From: Blastocladiella emersonii ATCC 22665
Lineage: Eukaryota; Fungi; Blastocladiomycota
NCBI GenBank assembly: GCA_025594325.1
Contig: JANHCV010000016.1
Location: 186,001 to 250,000 of the forward strand
Length of the DNA stretch: 64,000 nt
Direction: 5' to 3'
How positions within the stretch are numbered: the stretch's first letter is position 1; the number at the start of each line of letters is the position of its first letter. Below the pieces are notes generated by a model that did not search any database, had not been told where the DNA came from, and saw only the letters and a program-made list of their open reading frames with translations. The position numbers and the translations under genes were made by a program. Positions 1 through 11,969 of this stretch are shown here, piece by piece.

Positions 1-639
1 CCGGCGACGGGATGTAGCGAGCGTGAGCCGGGTCCGAGAGCGAGACGGCGGCCGGCTCCGGTGCCGCGGACAGGGCAGGGTCAGCGTCGGCGACGTAGTC
101 CTCGCTGATCTGACACGTTCCGCTGTCCGACCGCGGTAGAGCTGCAGGGGCGAGTGGCTCCGGTTTCACCGGCGAGCCGGCGTGCGTCTCGGGCGCGGGC
201 GTCATGCACGACGACGGCGGGACCGTGGTCACGGCCTCGCTCGCGTCATCGGCCTCGGCGTCCAGGTCGATGGTGAGCGAAGCGGGCAGTGACGGGGGAA
301 GCGGTTCGCTCGGTGGTGCAGATGACGACGTGTTGTTGGACGCTCGCGATGCGGTGCGTTTCGAGAGTTTGTCCATGGCGGCCTACACAACGAACGGACG
401 CGGTCAGTCGTCCGACGCACAGAGGGGGAACGGGCGATGTTGCTTACCTGACGAGCGGCTTCGGCTTTCTCGAGCCTCCGCTTCCGCTGTTCGGCCATCG
501 TCTCGACGGGCGGCGCCGCCGACTTGGCGGGCGCCTTGGTCGCAAGCGGCGCCGCCGTGACCGTCGGGATGCGCGACTTCATGACCGATGGCCGCGGCCT
601 CGTTGACGTGGTCTTTTGTGGTGGTACAGAGGATTTCAT
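1..639 (-). CDS. Hypothetical Ser/Pro/Ala-rich protein, two exons visible, runs off the window start
   Basis: ORF 229..639 (MKSSVPPQ...EKAEAARQ) meets a CAG|GTAAGC donor. An intron with CTGAC and TGTAG then leads to GCC GCC ATG GAC AAA..., and that frame appears open to position 1. No recognisable domain. Confidence 0.45.
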
Positions 640-913
640 CGTCTATTCTGCGTACAGCTGCATGGCTCTCTATGCTAATGCTGAGCTCAGAGAGAGAGGA
701 AGGCCAGACTCGAGTTGACGCGCGAGGCGGAGACAGTCGCGACGCGTCGGCGCAAAGTGTCTCGCACCCAGCACGTGTTCCACGCGTTGCTGTCTCCCCT
801 CTATGCCAATCCTCGCACGCGTTTTCTGCGAAACGCGTTCGCTTCCCGGGCAGCTCGGAGTGAAGCGAACGGTCTAATGCTCGTCGGCGAACATTGTCCG
901 ACCATGGGCCACG

Positions 914-1687
914 ATGGCCACGGCCATGACCATGGCCGATGCCGACTCTCCGCGAGAATCGTGCAACATCGGACATCCCAATCGGGCTCCACGCAGTGCT
1001 CGGCCACAAGCTAGGTACGCGTTCTTGGAATGGCAAGCCTCCGGGATCGCCCACTTATTCATGCACGCAACTAGGGTGAACTTAATGGGCCACCCGACGA
1101 CGCGCGTGTACGAGCGCGCGCGCCAGGACGAGCATGTCCACGGCCCGCGCTGCCTGCGTTGGCTGCTGAGCTGGGCCGAGGATCACCGCCTGTCCTCGTC
1201 GCTGACCATGCCCTGTATCAATGCGGTTGACCCGACCCAGACCGTGGCTGACCTTTTGGCCTTGGCGCCGGACATGGCTCAGGATCTGGACAAGATCATG
1301 CAATGGACCCGCCGCTCCTTGGATCAGTCCAAGGACAGCCTCGAGCCCATCTTGTCCGCCATCAAGTCGGCCCAAGCAACCTTGGGGACGACGCAAGGTC
1401 CGCCTTTCACCAATCGTGACAGATGTGTCGCGGCATTTACGCGCTTCGATTTTCATGCGACGAGCTTCAGCGCTCTGCTCAACTTTGCAGTGTGTTCTGC
1501 GAGGCTCGAAGTGGTGGTGCGCCCTCTCAGCGGGATCGTGCTGACCACCCCGATGAAGCACATCCTGGACCTGTGCAACGCGGCGGTGGCTTCCCATACA
1601 GACGTAGTATTGGTCAAGGACAAGATCGGCACTATTTGTCCTCGGCTGGTCGAACCTGGCCTTGGGCTCGCTGCCGCGACTCCTTGA
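914..1687 (+). CDS. Hypothetical protein, possibly a degenerate accessory gene
   Basis: 257-aa ORF with coding-like codon use from about 1085 (MGHPTTRVYE...). It is followed by AT-richer, stop-riddled sequence. No domain recognised. Confidence 0.35.
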   Translation: MATAMTMADADSPRESCNIGHPNRAPRSARPQARYAFLEWQASGIAHLFMHATRVNLMGHPTTRVYERARQDEHVHGPRCLRWLLSWAEDHRLSSSLTMPCINAVDPTQTVADLLALAPDMAQDLDKIMQWTRRSLDQSKDSLEPILSAIKSAQATLGTTQGPPFTNRDRCVAAFTRFDFHATSFSALLNFAVCSARLEVVVRPLSGIVLTTPMKHILDLCNAAVASHTDVVLVKDKIGTICPRLVEPGLGLAAATP

Positions 1688-2868
1688 TTCGGCCGCACTG
1701 ACGTGTTGGATCGGCTGGTCACGGCGATGTTCGAGATCCGCTGAATACACGTGTAATTGGTCTTTCGGACTATTCATGGATACTAGCCGTCTTGTTAAAC
1801 TATTATCTATCTTCACGAGCTGGGTGCAGGAGCAGTTTACCTCAGGCGCCGTCGAATCCGAGTCCGATCACGCTGGCCATCACGATGGCCACGGTCGAAC
1901 CGCGGTGTGAAACTCAGCCGCCGAGCGTGGCCTGCTTTACGGATAAGCTCGAAAATGTGTAATTGACGATGTTTGAGCATCAAACCATGACCCAGTGAGA
2001 TCATACGGCGTCCAACAGCATTGACGAAGCGCGCGCATTGCTCGTCCCATCAGCTCGCTCCACCGACAAGTTCCGTCCACCGAACTCTTTCACCCGACTT
2101 GGAATAGCTACAGTGCTCGCACTCAGTGCAGCCAAACACCTGGCCGCGAACAAATCAAGCAAACTCTCACAACGACAGCAGTCATCAAACACTCATCCTG
2201 ATTCCAAACGCTTCCGCGACGCTGCCGGAGCTCAAATGGAGCACGAAATCACCCGCTCCCATCAGGTCCACTGAAATGTACCTGGAGTTGGCGGTTAGAA
2301 TCCACTTGAGGGCGAGGGCCAAGGAGCGCGCGCCAGCACGACAACGAGTCTTCGAGCACGCGTCGCGACCGCTTAACCAGAGTAAGGTCGACTTTACTTG
2401 CATTAGCCCCGAATTAAAGCCCAACTTAACTCCTTCGTCGCAATGGTCGAGGACGCGCGAGATGGGCGAAGGTGCTTGCCGCGCGACGCTGCCCTGAGGT
2501 GTTCGGCAGCGGCGAATTGACTGATGATAACGAGTTCCGACATCTACGAGAAAAGTCGTCGTATTGCATCGAAAAGTTGGGGTTTGTGTAGACGCTCCTG
2601 AAACTGCATTTCCACCGTGCCAATACTCTGATAGGGAACTGACAAACGGCTTCGGCTTGCTGTAGTGGACCACATACAAGACACGTTGGACGTGGTGGCA
2701 CGGATTGCGTTTTCACTACGGCCTTGTGCCCATGATGAATAAACGCGTTACTGTGGTGAGCGAGGGCACGAACAGCGGCGACGCGACCCGCGACGCGTCT
2801 CGCAGCCGGCACGTGTGGAGCTGCGCCACATCGCACGCCGATCACACTCGCGGTTCCCGCCCCCTCCC

Positions 2869-3921
2869 ATGCTACACCCCACCATGAATACGCACAATGA
2901 ACACTCGCAACCTACTGCAACGCTATCCATCCCACGCCTCCCAGCCTCAGACCGCGCGACACGGCTCGCGACGCACGCGCGGCTCCTCGACCTGGTGATG
3001 CGGGACACGCTGCTCGCGCTCCTGCAGTCGACGACGACCGACTCGCCCGCCGTGCACGCTGCCGCACAGCGCCTCGCTTCCCTCTCCACCGAGCTCATCG
3101 CCTACCATCCGGCGCTCGACGACCTACGCCTCGCGGTCCCGCACCTCCTGCGGCGCAAGCTGCTGCTCGACCTCGCGTCGGCATACTTTGGGCGGTGGCG
3201 CGTCCCCGGGTGGCGGTGCCGGCGCCACTACGAGCGCAAGTGTACGGCGAACGCGGTGTGTGCGGCGCTCGGCGAGCCGGTGGCGGGGAAGCGCGGCGCG
3301 GGGCTGTACCCGACGATCGCCGCGTTCATTGCCCTCGCCGAGGAGCAGTGCGCGCACGAGGAGCCCGGGAAGAGTCTTAGCGCCGTGTGGTGGCATAATC
3401 TCGTCGCGCTCAAGGCGCATGTACGTCGGTACGCTGCGTCCCGCAGCGAAGAGTCTCATGTCGGGCAGATGTAGGCCGTCGCCGAAGCAGTCGTGTGCGA
3501 CCACCACCCGCTCGCCGTCGCGGTCGCCACGGCGTTCCCGACGACCGAGCTCGCCGGCCCGTCAGCACCCACCCCACTCTCCATGTCCGTGACCACCCTC
3601 TCCTCATCAACAGCCCCACACCACCGCCCCGCGACCGACCCGTTCGGCTCGCGCGCGATCGTCGCGCGCATGTCGTCCTCGGCGCGCACCGAGTACCTGC
3701 GCAGCGTGCACCGGGAGCGGTCGCGGCTGCTTTCGCTGGACCCGCGGACGGACGTGCCGGCGCCGCTCGACGCGCGTGTGCCGGCGGGTATGCAGTCGGG
3801 CGCGCGCGCGGGGACGCGCAAAAAGCTGCGGATGCGGTACCCCGTCAGCGCGCTGGACGCGATGGTGGAAGAGTTTATCACCGTGTGTCACGGGGCGATT
3901 CCGGCGCCAGAGTATGGATGA
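2869..3921 (+). CDS. Hypothetical protein, two exons
   Basis: ORFs 2815..3474 and 3493..3921 share a frame and are joined by a 54-nt GTACGT...TGTAG intron (3421-3474). GC3-rich codons. The start codon is uncertain. Confidence 0.45.
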
Positions 3922-4001
3922 AGAAAAGGAGTCTATGATCTTGGAATGCTGGATGTGAACAAAAGAGGGAGGGGAGTGTGGTATACCAAAAGGAGAACTA
4001 C

Positions 4002-5492
4002 CTAGGCGTCGTTGCGCGCGATGGCCTCGTACAGGGCGTGGAGCGTGGCGAGGTCAGCGACGGGGTCGAGGTCGAGCGGGAGCGGGCGGGTGTAGTGGCG
4101 GGCGACGCGCTCGACGAGCTTGGCGACAGCGGTACGGGTCGACGCGGGGAGCTCGAGGTGCGCGGCGTGGTCGCTGGCGGCATCCACAACTGCAACGGCG
4201 CCGCTGACCGTGTACATGTTCTGGTACCCGGACAGGATGAGGTTACGCATGGTGAGCGGGAGCAGGGCGTCCTTGACGAGGACGTGGTCGAGGCAGAAGG
4301 CCTCGGCGAGGGCGACGCCAATCTCGGCCAGCATGCACGCGTGCACCAGCACGAACATGACCACAGTACGCGCCTCGTCCGTCGTCGGCGACAGGCTGCG
4401 CAGCCGGTCCTCGACGCTGCACGCGTACTGCTTGAGCACCACCAGCGCCTCGGCCGACTCGGTCGTCGCGGTCCCGCGCGACGCCGCCGGCGGGTAGATC
4501 ACCTCGAGCACCGCCGCCAGCGCATCGCCGCCGGCACCCGCCGCCGCACGGGCGCGAGCGCGTGCGTGGATGACCTCGACGCGCTGCGCCTCGGCGGCGC
4601 TCGCGAGGGCGATCACGACGGGCCGCTCATCATCTTCCGCCGCCGCGGCAGTCGACTCGGCGTGCTCGCTGCCGTTGCCGCCCTCGACGCCGCTGAGCGC
4701 GGACCGGACGTGGCTGTGCATCGACGACGGGCGGCTGCGGCTGCCGACAATCGAGGACGCGGCGGGCGAGACGGGACGGCCGCCGACGACCATGCTCACC
4801 TCGGCGGCGCCCATCCACGGCTGCCACGCGGACGGGAGCAGGTCGCGGGCGACGTACATGGCGCGGCGGGCCTTGGCGTGGAGCGGGCCGAGGACGGCGA
4901 ACCGCGCCGACCACCAGGCGGGCGGCCCGCCCGCGTGCTCCATGAGCGACCGCAGGTGCGCCTGGGTCTCGAGCAGCTGCGAGTAGACGCGGTCCGGATC
5001 CGCGGCCGCGGGGACCGTCGGCCACCACGACGAGCCCGCGGGGCTCGTGGGCGACGACGGGATCGAGGCCGAGACCTCGCTCGGGGACGCCGAGGAGGGC
5101 GGGGTGCCCGAGATGCCGGCGCGCGGGTGCCACGACTGCGGGCGCGCGCGCGTGCGCAGGTCGAAGGTCGGCGACGCCGGCGGCAGCGGGATCGAGCGGG
5201 CCTTGGCGGCGGGGTCGCTGTCGTCGACGTCGAGGCCCGGGACGTGGACCGGGTTCGGCAGCGTGGCGCGGCGCCGCCGCGTGTGGCTGCGACCGTCGCC
5301 GTGGGCGGCGTCCTTGGTGCTGCGGCGGCGAGCAGCGCGGTGTGAAGCGTGCGACAGCTTGACGGGGCGGAGCACGAAGACGGAGCCCTTGGGCGAGATG
5401 GCGAAGCCGACCAGGATCAGCATCGGCAGCACGGCGATCAGGCCGAGCCAGCGCCAGCCCGACTCGGTCGCGGCGGGTTCGAGGAGGGGCAT
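4002..5492 (-). CDS. Hypothetical protein with N-terminal hydrophobic (signal/TM) segment
   Basis: 496-aa ORF with WRWLGLIAVLPMLILVGFAIS near the N-terminus and strong codon bias. The + strand ORF 3978..5345 is its antisense shadow. Confidence 0.55.
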   Translation of the reverse strand: MPLLEPAATESGWRWLGLIAVLPMLILVGFAISPKGSVFVLRPVKLSHASHRAARRRSTKDAAHGDGRSHTRRRRATLPNPVHVPGLDVDDSDPAAKARSIPLPPASPTFDLRTRARPQSWHPRAGISGTPPSSASPSEVSASIPSSPTSPAGSSWWPTVPAAADPDRVYSQLLETQAHLRSLMEHAGGPPAWWSARFAVLGPLHAKARRAMYVARDLLPSAWQPWMGAAEVSMVVGGRPVSPAASSIVGSRSRPSSMHSHVRSALSGVEGGNGSEHAESTAAAAEDDERPVVIALASAAEAQRVEVIHARARARAAAGAGGDALAAVLEVIYPPAASRGTATTESAEALVVLKQYACSVEDRLRSLSPTTDEARTVVMFVLVHACMLAEIGVALAEAFCLDHVLVKDALLPLTMRNLILSGYQNMYTVSGAVAVVDAASDHAAHLELPASTRTAVAKLVERVARHYTRPLPLDLDPVADLATLHALYEAIARNDA

Positions 5493-6357
5493 CGCGGGTG
5501 GGTGCGGGTGGTAGGTGCTTTCGTCTATGGCCGTCTATAGAGGGTGTCTGAAGAGGGAGAGCGAGAACGGGGTCGCCGGTCGTGTGATGGTCGCTAGAGC
5601 GGGCTTGAGGTCGCAGGCAGGCCGTTTCCGCAGCAGGTCGACGCTCTTGAGTTGTTTAATGAAATGCACCACACACACGCTGGCAGGTCCGTGCCAAGGC
5701 CGACGACGTCGGGGTGGAGAGGAGGAGGAGAGCCCGAGCAAAGAACCCTGCTGGCTGATCGGGTCGAGGCCGATGACGCTCCGAGACTAGCTCCGCCCCC
5801 GGACACCCGGCGACGCCGGGTCCACGCGGCCCAACACGCTCTCGCAAGCGTGCGTGTGTGGCGGCGTCCGCGGCGGCGGCGAGGGCGGTCGGCCTGAAAA
5901 ATTAATGGCGAACCTGGCCTGGGGCCAGTGTCACGGAACACGTTTAGGCAGGGCGGGGCGGCGACGCCACCCACGCGAGCACGCGACGGTGATGTCACGG
6001 TCCCTCGCGGCCTTGGTCGCCGTGGCCACGGATGCGGACTTGAGGCCTTCGTGGCCGTGGCCATGGCCATGGTCGACGGTGGCGAGCAGGCGGTGGCGCT
6101 CAACTGCGCGACTTATGCCTTGCATCGCCCAGGACTCGTGATGGCGGGGGCCGCCGGTCCTGCAGTTGATCCGAGCGCTGGACGTGGTTCCGGATCCCGA
6201 CCATCATGAGAGCCATCATGAGCATCAGCTGAGTGTGCACACCGAGGCGAAGAACAGGGCGAACGACGCTTGCTCGAAGTTTCGCAGCGCCATCGTCATA
6301 GATTGGCGCCAGCGCGTCGCGCCACACCTCTCGTCACTCGCCGTCCATGAAACTGCC

Positions 6358-7758
6358 ATGAAGAGTGACTTGCCGCAACGCCCATGCATCGTGTGGTACA
6401 TGTCGGGCCATGGTGTGTGTCGCTGCCGTGCGAGAGGAACCCGCCCGCGTCGAGCTCGACCCTGACTCTGCCCCGCCAAATCCAGGCTACGGCCACGCCT
6501 CGCGGTGCTGCGCGCTGATCGAGCACCTGCTGTCGCACCGGTCCGAGTCGTACTCAGTCGAGGCCGTCACGCTGGCGCCGGACCTCCTGTTTGTGGGGCT
6601 GCGCGAGCGGCACGGCGACCGGTTCACGTTGAGACGGTACTCCCGTCCCCGTCTAACGGCGAGGAGAAGCTTCTGACGCCACGTGTGTAGTCCAGCTCAC
6701 CGCGTCGACGCGGGCGTGCTGCAGACGGACGCGCTGAACGTCGACCGCACGCGATCGCTCGCCGAGGCGGAGCGGTTCATGGTCGAGGAGCGCGACGTGG
6801 TCGTCCGCGAGGAGGTGGCACTGCTCGCAGCTCGCGAGCCGCGGCCGAGTGTGATCCTCTCGGACGCGTCGTTCGTCGCGGGTCCGATTGCGCGCGCGCT
6901 AGGGATCCCGGCCGTGCTGTGCACCAACTTGTACGCTTGCTCACCCAGTGGCTCGGCGTGGTCGCCGAACTAACTCTGCTCTAGTACGTGGGATGCCATC
7001 TACCTCGCCATGCTCAACGATGACGACGCAGCTCCGCCGGCGTGGCTCGACCGCGTCACGCGCGACTACGCGACCTTCACGTACTGGCTGTGCGAGGCCG
7101 GCGCGCTTGACCCCACCCGCGTCCCTGCACCCGTCCGCGCGCTTCCCACGACGACGATCCCCGTCTTCGGCCCCGCGCGCTCGACCACCGCATCCACGCG
7201 CGAGCAGCTCCGCACCGAGCTCGGTCTCACGGCCACGGACCGCGTGGCGCTGCTGACGTTTGGCGGGCACGAGACGGCGCAGCTGCTCGGCCCGCTCGCG
7301 CTGCGGTTCCCCGGGTGGACGCTGGTCGGCGCGGTGCAACACCCTGACGTGGTCGCGCTCGATCCCGTCACGGTCGACGTGCCCGCGTGGATGCGCGCAG
7401 CGGACGTGGTGATTGGCAAGATGGTGCGGACTTTTCTCTCTGGAGTGTTGGGGGATGAATCTCACGCGTGCGCAACGTGTAGGGCTACGGGACGTGTGCC
7501 GAGGTACTCGCGGCGGGCCGCCCGTTCCTATACGTGTCGCGGTCGCACTGGGCCGAGGAGGCGGCGCTGGTGCGCATGATGCGCGAGCACGGCGCCGCAA
7601 TAGCCGAGCTGCCACGCGACGCGTTCCTCGCGGGCGACTGGCTTCCGGGAATGGACAAGCTCGCCCAGCCGCCGCTGCCTGACGCGGTGCCGGTCGCGGA
7701 TGGACTCGGCGCGTTCTGGGACGCGCTCGCGGATTGTCTCAGGGCGGAGAGGCGGTGA
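6358..7758 (+). CDS. Stand-alone GT-B glycosyltransferase-like protein resembling the N-terminal domain of L-arabinokinase (ARA1); five exons
   Basis: The spliced product carries IVWYMSGHG|YGHASR, VDAGVLQTDALNVD, VILSDASF, CTN..WDAIY, DVVIGKM|GYGTCAE..RPFLYVSR and FLAGDW. These match ARA1 N-domain motifs I recall (YYVTGHGFGHATR, SDVVP, TNFSWDFIY, KIGYGTVSE). Four GT..AG introns. Confidence 0.75.
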
Positions 7759-7827
7759 TGCGGTTCATGGTGGTGATACATTTCTGGTACACTCGCGTCA
7801 CACGATCACCGACTCGCGACCGCGCCG

Positions 7828-8411
7828 TTAGTGCGCGGCCGCGACCTGGTCCGCGGCCCCCTCCGTCTCGGCTGCCTCCTCCTCGTCGTCCTCGCGCGTG
7901 AGCTCGTCGAGGATCTTCTTGGCGAAATCCTACGATGCGTTGACGCGGTACACGAGTCAGTCACGACGCACGACGCGGCGCGGGACACGAGGAAACGGAC
8001 GCGGTTCTCGTTGATGGTGGCGAGCCGCGCCTGCACCTCGTCGCTGGCGCCCTCGCCGGCGTCGTTGGTCAGGATGACGGGGTCGCGCTCGGCGACGCGC
8101 TCGACGAAGCGCTTGAGCGTGTTGGCGTAGCTGGTCGGCTTGGTGGTGGGCTGACGGTCGGCCGGCAGGTCCACGCTGATGCGGGCGATGACGATGCGCG
8201 CGGCCTCGAGCCACTCGAAGGTGCCGCCGCCGCTGCCGCCGCCCTCGGCCTCGCCCGCCTTGGCGGCGTCCATGAACTCGCGCACGATGCCGAGGATCTT
8301 GCGCTCGAGCGGGTCGCCCGGCTTGGCCGTCGGCATCTTCACGACGGTCGGCGTCTTCTTCGGGGTGGTGGCCGGGGTGGTCTTCTTCTTGGTCGGGGTC
8401 GTCTTGGGCAT
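7828..8411 (-). CDS. Hypothetical small protein with a TPxKK-rich basic N-terminus and an acidic C-terminus; two exons
   Basis: MPKTTPTKKKTTPATTPKK... An intron after ...NRVRFL ends in CGTAG, then DFAKKILDELTREDDEEEAA...AAAH*. Confidence 0.55.
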
Positions 8412-8651
8412 GGTGCTACGTTGGCTGCTGCAGTGAGGGCCGTGAGGGGAGAGCGGGGGCCGTGGTCAAGGGCCCCGTCCCTTCTTGAGGGCCGCGGATC
8501 GGAGCCGAGGAGTCAGCTTGCACCGGGCAAGCGGTGGCCCGCGTTGGGGGGAAGGTGGGCCCGCACCTGGAAAAACGCGGCGGATGACCGACGCGTCGCG
8601 TTTCGCGTTCCCGCCCGCCGCGCTTCGCCTCTCCCCCCGCCCGCCCCCGCC

Positions 8652-10228
8652 ATGAACGAAGCCCTTGACCCTCTCCCGCGGCCACTGTGCGCCTGCGCCG
8701 AGTGCAATGCATCAACTTCATCCGCAACCCTGCCCACCACGCACGCGCGCGGCCTCGCGCTCGATGTGCGCCCCGCGACCGCCCCACTGGTCCCCGCGTC
8801 CTCGCTCGCGCGCCCGTCGCACCATGCGCTGTGGTTCCTGGACCTGAGCCGGCAGCGGCTGACGTCGCTGACGCAACGGCACTCGTCGTCGGCCGCGCGC
8901 CTGCTGCCCGGCGCGCTCGGCCTGCTGAACCTCGCGCACAACCGGCTCGGCGTGTCCGAGATCCAGCGCGCGCTCGCGGGCGTCGACGCCGTGCTACACC
9001 TGGTCGTGACGGGCAACCCGGCGTGCGTCGGGCTCGGCCTCGAGAACCCCGTCTCGCAGCGGCTGCGCGTCCCGCTCTCGACGCCTGCGCCCGCGACCGC
9101 CGCCCTCGCGCCCGCCGACGCGCGCGCAGTCCTCGTGTGTGTCCTGCCGCAGGTATGGTGCCTCGACTTTGCCTTCATCACCGCCGCCGAGGACCGCGCC
9201 GCGCGCGAGACGGTCCGCGCCCGCATGCCTGCGACCGCGCTCGTCGTGTTCGCGAGCCACGCCCTCGTCACCACGCGCGAGGAGCGCGACCGCGCGCTCC
9301 GGCTCGCGACCGAGGACGCGTCGTGGAGCAAGTGGGGACGCACCCTGCTCCGCCACGTGCCCAAGGCCGCGGCGCTCGCGCCGAGCGGTGGCGGGAACGG
9401 GCTCGGTGCTGCCATGTGGTGGCAGCTGCACACGCTCGCGCGCGACTGGGACGCGGATATTGGGCACCGCAGCACCGTCCACGGCGGCGGCGCTGACGAG
9501 GACGCGGTCCCGCTCGACGCGCTCGGCCGGTGGGCGCCGCAGCTCATGGACAACCCGCGCGCCGCCGTCGTCCTCATCATGGCCGCGCTCCTGCTCGTCG
9601 ACCCACGCTTCCCGCACTGCCTCGTCCACCCGAGCCTGCCGACGCTATGGGCCGTGCTCGGGAACGGACCGCGCCGCGTCGAGCTGCCGTCGGCCGACGT
9701 CGTCGTCGCGCTCCCGCCGCTCAACGTGCTCAAGCTCGCCACCGTGATTCTCGGCGCCATGGAGCTCGAGCAAGGTACTCTCTTCACTCACTCGAGTCTG
9801 TGGATCGCAAACTCACAACCGCGTCGCTTCGCGTAGTCAAGACGTCCGTCTACGACCCGACGCTCCTCGCCTCGCTGCGGCGACACCTCGCATACCTGTC
9901 GTGGTCAGTCCCGACCCCGCCGCCGCCCAACCCGCCGCTCGCCGCGCCCGCGCCGAGCCGCCGCGTCACGCTCGAACTCATCATGACGTGCGCATCCGCC
10001 ACCGCCGACTGGGCCGTCCTCGAGCACCGCCCGTGGCTCGCCTACCTCGCCGCGCACCCGCGCACGCCGAGTCTCGAGTCCGCGCCGCCCGAGGCACGCG
10101 TGCCGAACGCAGCTGTCGCGGCGGACCGGCTCACGGACCCGAAAACGGCGCTCGCCGCGGTCGAGGCGCGGTTCGCGCTGGCGAGCACGGTCGAGGAGGC
10201 TATGGTGCGTGAGGAGGTTTCAATATAG
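8652..10228 (+). CDS. Hypothetical protein with N-terminal leucine-rich repeats
   Basis: LxxLDLSxQxLTSL, LxLLNLAHNRL and LHLVVTGNP LRR motifs. GTACTC...TAG intron near 9774-9836. The 3' end abuts the AT-richer accessory zone and may be truncated (possible GTGCGT donor at about 10204). Confidence 0.55.
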
Positions 10229-10389
10229 ACGCAGGTTCGCAGCGATAGGGCTCATCGGGCATGTGCACGAGGGTACTCCTGTGCGGGTGGTTGGAAATGT
10301 ACAAAGCACGGCCATGAACAGAGAGACCAGCCCCACGATGGCGCTTTCATTTGAAGGAAGTGTGTATAATCACGCGATTATGTCGGCGC

Positions 10390-10490
10390 CTAGCTTCCTC
10401 GATAATAATAAAGCGTATCGAAGGAAACGGGGCACTGGTTGCCGATTTTGATCGTCACGTCGTACAAGTTTGTTGCTTCAGCGACAAGGG
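10390..10490 (-). pseudogene. 3' part of a degenerate gene whose 5' part lies at 22834-23399
   Basis: Reading ...LAL|VAEATNLYDVTIKIG... across the AAGGG TSD joins it to the right flank of the composite. The joined peptide resembles the ORF at 31367-31690. Confidence 0.35.
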
Positions 10491-10664
10491 TGTCACGGTT
10501 CAGTGATCCGACGGCTCGGGCTGGTGGCGCGGGCTGGTGGCGCAGTCCCTCATAAGCCGAGCGTTGCCCTCGCTCTCCCTCTCTCTTGTCATTCGTGATA
10601 CAATCCTTCATTATCCGGCTAGTCATTCCTTGTGGCGCAAGACCCTCCCCCTCGGCACCTTACA
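10491..10664 (+). mobile_element. Isolated 174-bp LTR (TG...CA) of the Ty3/Gypsy element at 17539-22833
   Basis: Differs from each of the other two LTRs at only 2 of 174 positions. Left flank AAGGG, right flank ACGAC, so it has no TSD of its own. Confidence 0.97.
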
Positions 10665-10742
10665 ACGACCACCACCACCACCACCACCTCGACGACCGAG
10701 ACCACCTCAACCACCGAAGCTGTCGCCGCCAAGGAGGAGTAA
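10665..10742 (+). pseudogene. Displaced C-terminal codons of the reticulon gene (TTTTTTTTSTTETTSTTEAVAAKEE*)
   Basis: Begins with the ACGAC TSD and continues the Thr repeat of 16839-17538 in the same frame to TAA at 10740-10742. Confidence 0.85.
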
Positions 10743-11969
10743 ATGCAGTACTGAGACCCCAAGTTTGGGAGCCCGCGTGCGTACGGTGTGCGTGCAGTGT
10801 GCGCCTCCACTTCCCTGCCGTGGAAGTGGCTGGCCGCCCACTCGCTCGCGCGCGCGTCGCGTCGCTCCGCGTCTTGATATCCCCCAATCATCGTCAACGT
10901 TCTGTATTGCGAAACGACGGCGAGACAAGGCGAAACGACGGCGAGATGAGGCGCGGGCCGGTGACTGATGGAGAGAGCGAGCGGAGGGGGCGACGAGGCC
11001 GGGGTTTTGAGGCGGGCGTGGCCGGCGAGTTGTCGCCAGTGTCTCAAAATGATGATGGCCAAGGTCGATGCCGCCCGCGCGTCCAGGTCCGGGCGCACCG
11101 CCGTGAGTCAGCGGCGGCGGCGACGCGGCAGTGACGCGCGCCTGCCGAGGGAAGGTGTGACCCGAATGGGAATCAGCAGCGGCGGCGAGAACGCGCGGCG
11201 ATGAATACCGCGCCCCAGCGACACCGCGCTCTGTCGCGCGACGCGCGTGATGCTCGGGTCACGCGCGCGCGCGCCGCTGATCCCCGCGTGATCCCCCACG
11301 CCGCGGACACGGCCGTCCGCGCCCGTCCGCCGCTGGTGACTCGCCGCCCATTTCTCCGTCGCCCTCAAAAGGTGGCCGCGCCCCTGCCGCAGACGTGAGC
11401 TCTCTTTGAGCTCACGTTCCGTTACCACCAGGTGAGTGCGGCCCCTTTACCTTTCCTTTCCCTCTCGTTTCCCCCTCGGTTTGTCCCCCTCGTTCCTCTG
11501 TAATCGAAGCTCACGTTCCGTTATCACTAGTTGTATCAGTCTACGTACACGGGCTTCCTGCCTAGAACGCCGTTTCCCCCGCAGCGCTCTTCAGCTCCGG
11601 CCGGAATCGGCGGCAACACCGCGCTTCAATGGGAATCGGCTGCGACACCACGCACCGGCAACAACGCGCGTTGACACCGCGCACTGGCAAGAACGCGCGG
11701 CGACACCGCGCACCGGTGGGAATCAGCGGCGGCGGCGGCAACGTGGTGGGCATGGGCCAGCCCAGCTGGCCGAGGGAAGGTGCGACCCGAGCGAGAAAGG
11801 GCGAGCGGTTGGCGCGCGTTATCGGGCAGGCGGACGCAAAGGGCGGAAGGGAACGAGGACGGCGAGGGAGATGAGGAGACCGAGCGCCGCCGAGCCCTCA
11901 AAAGCGGGCCGGACCCCCCGCCCGCCGGCCGCTTGTCAGCACGCACGCAAGCCGCGACCAATCACCCAG

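Noticed and set aside
911-1895. 14-bp direct repeat CACGATGGCCACGG (911-924, 1882-1895) as element ends or a TSD
   Set aside because: ATGGCCACGG-like words recur elsewhere (e.g. near 18908) in this GC-rich DNA, and no TIR or transposase supports it.
10491-10664. Ordinary solo LTR from intra-element recombination
   Set aside because: A simple solo LTR keeps matching TSDs. Here the flanks are AAGGG and ACGAC, and each matches a flank of the downstream element instead.
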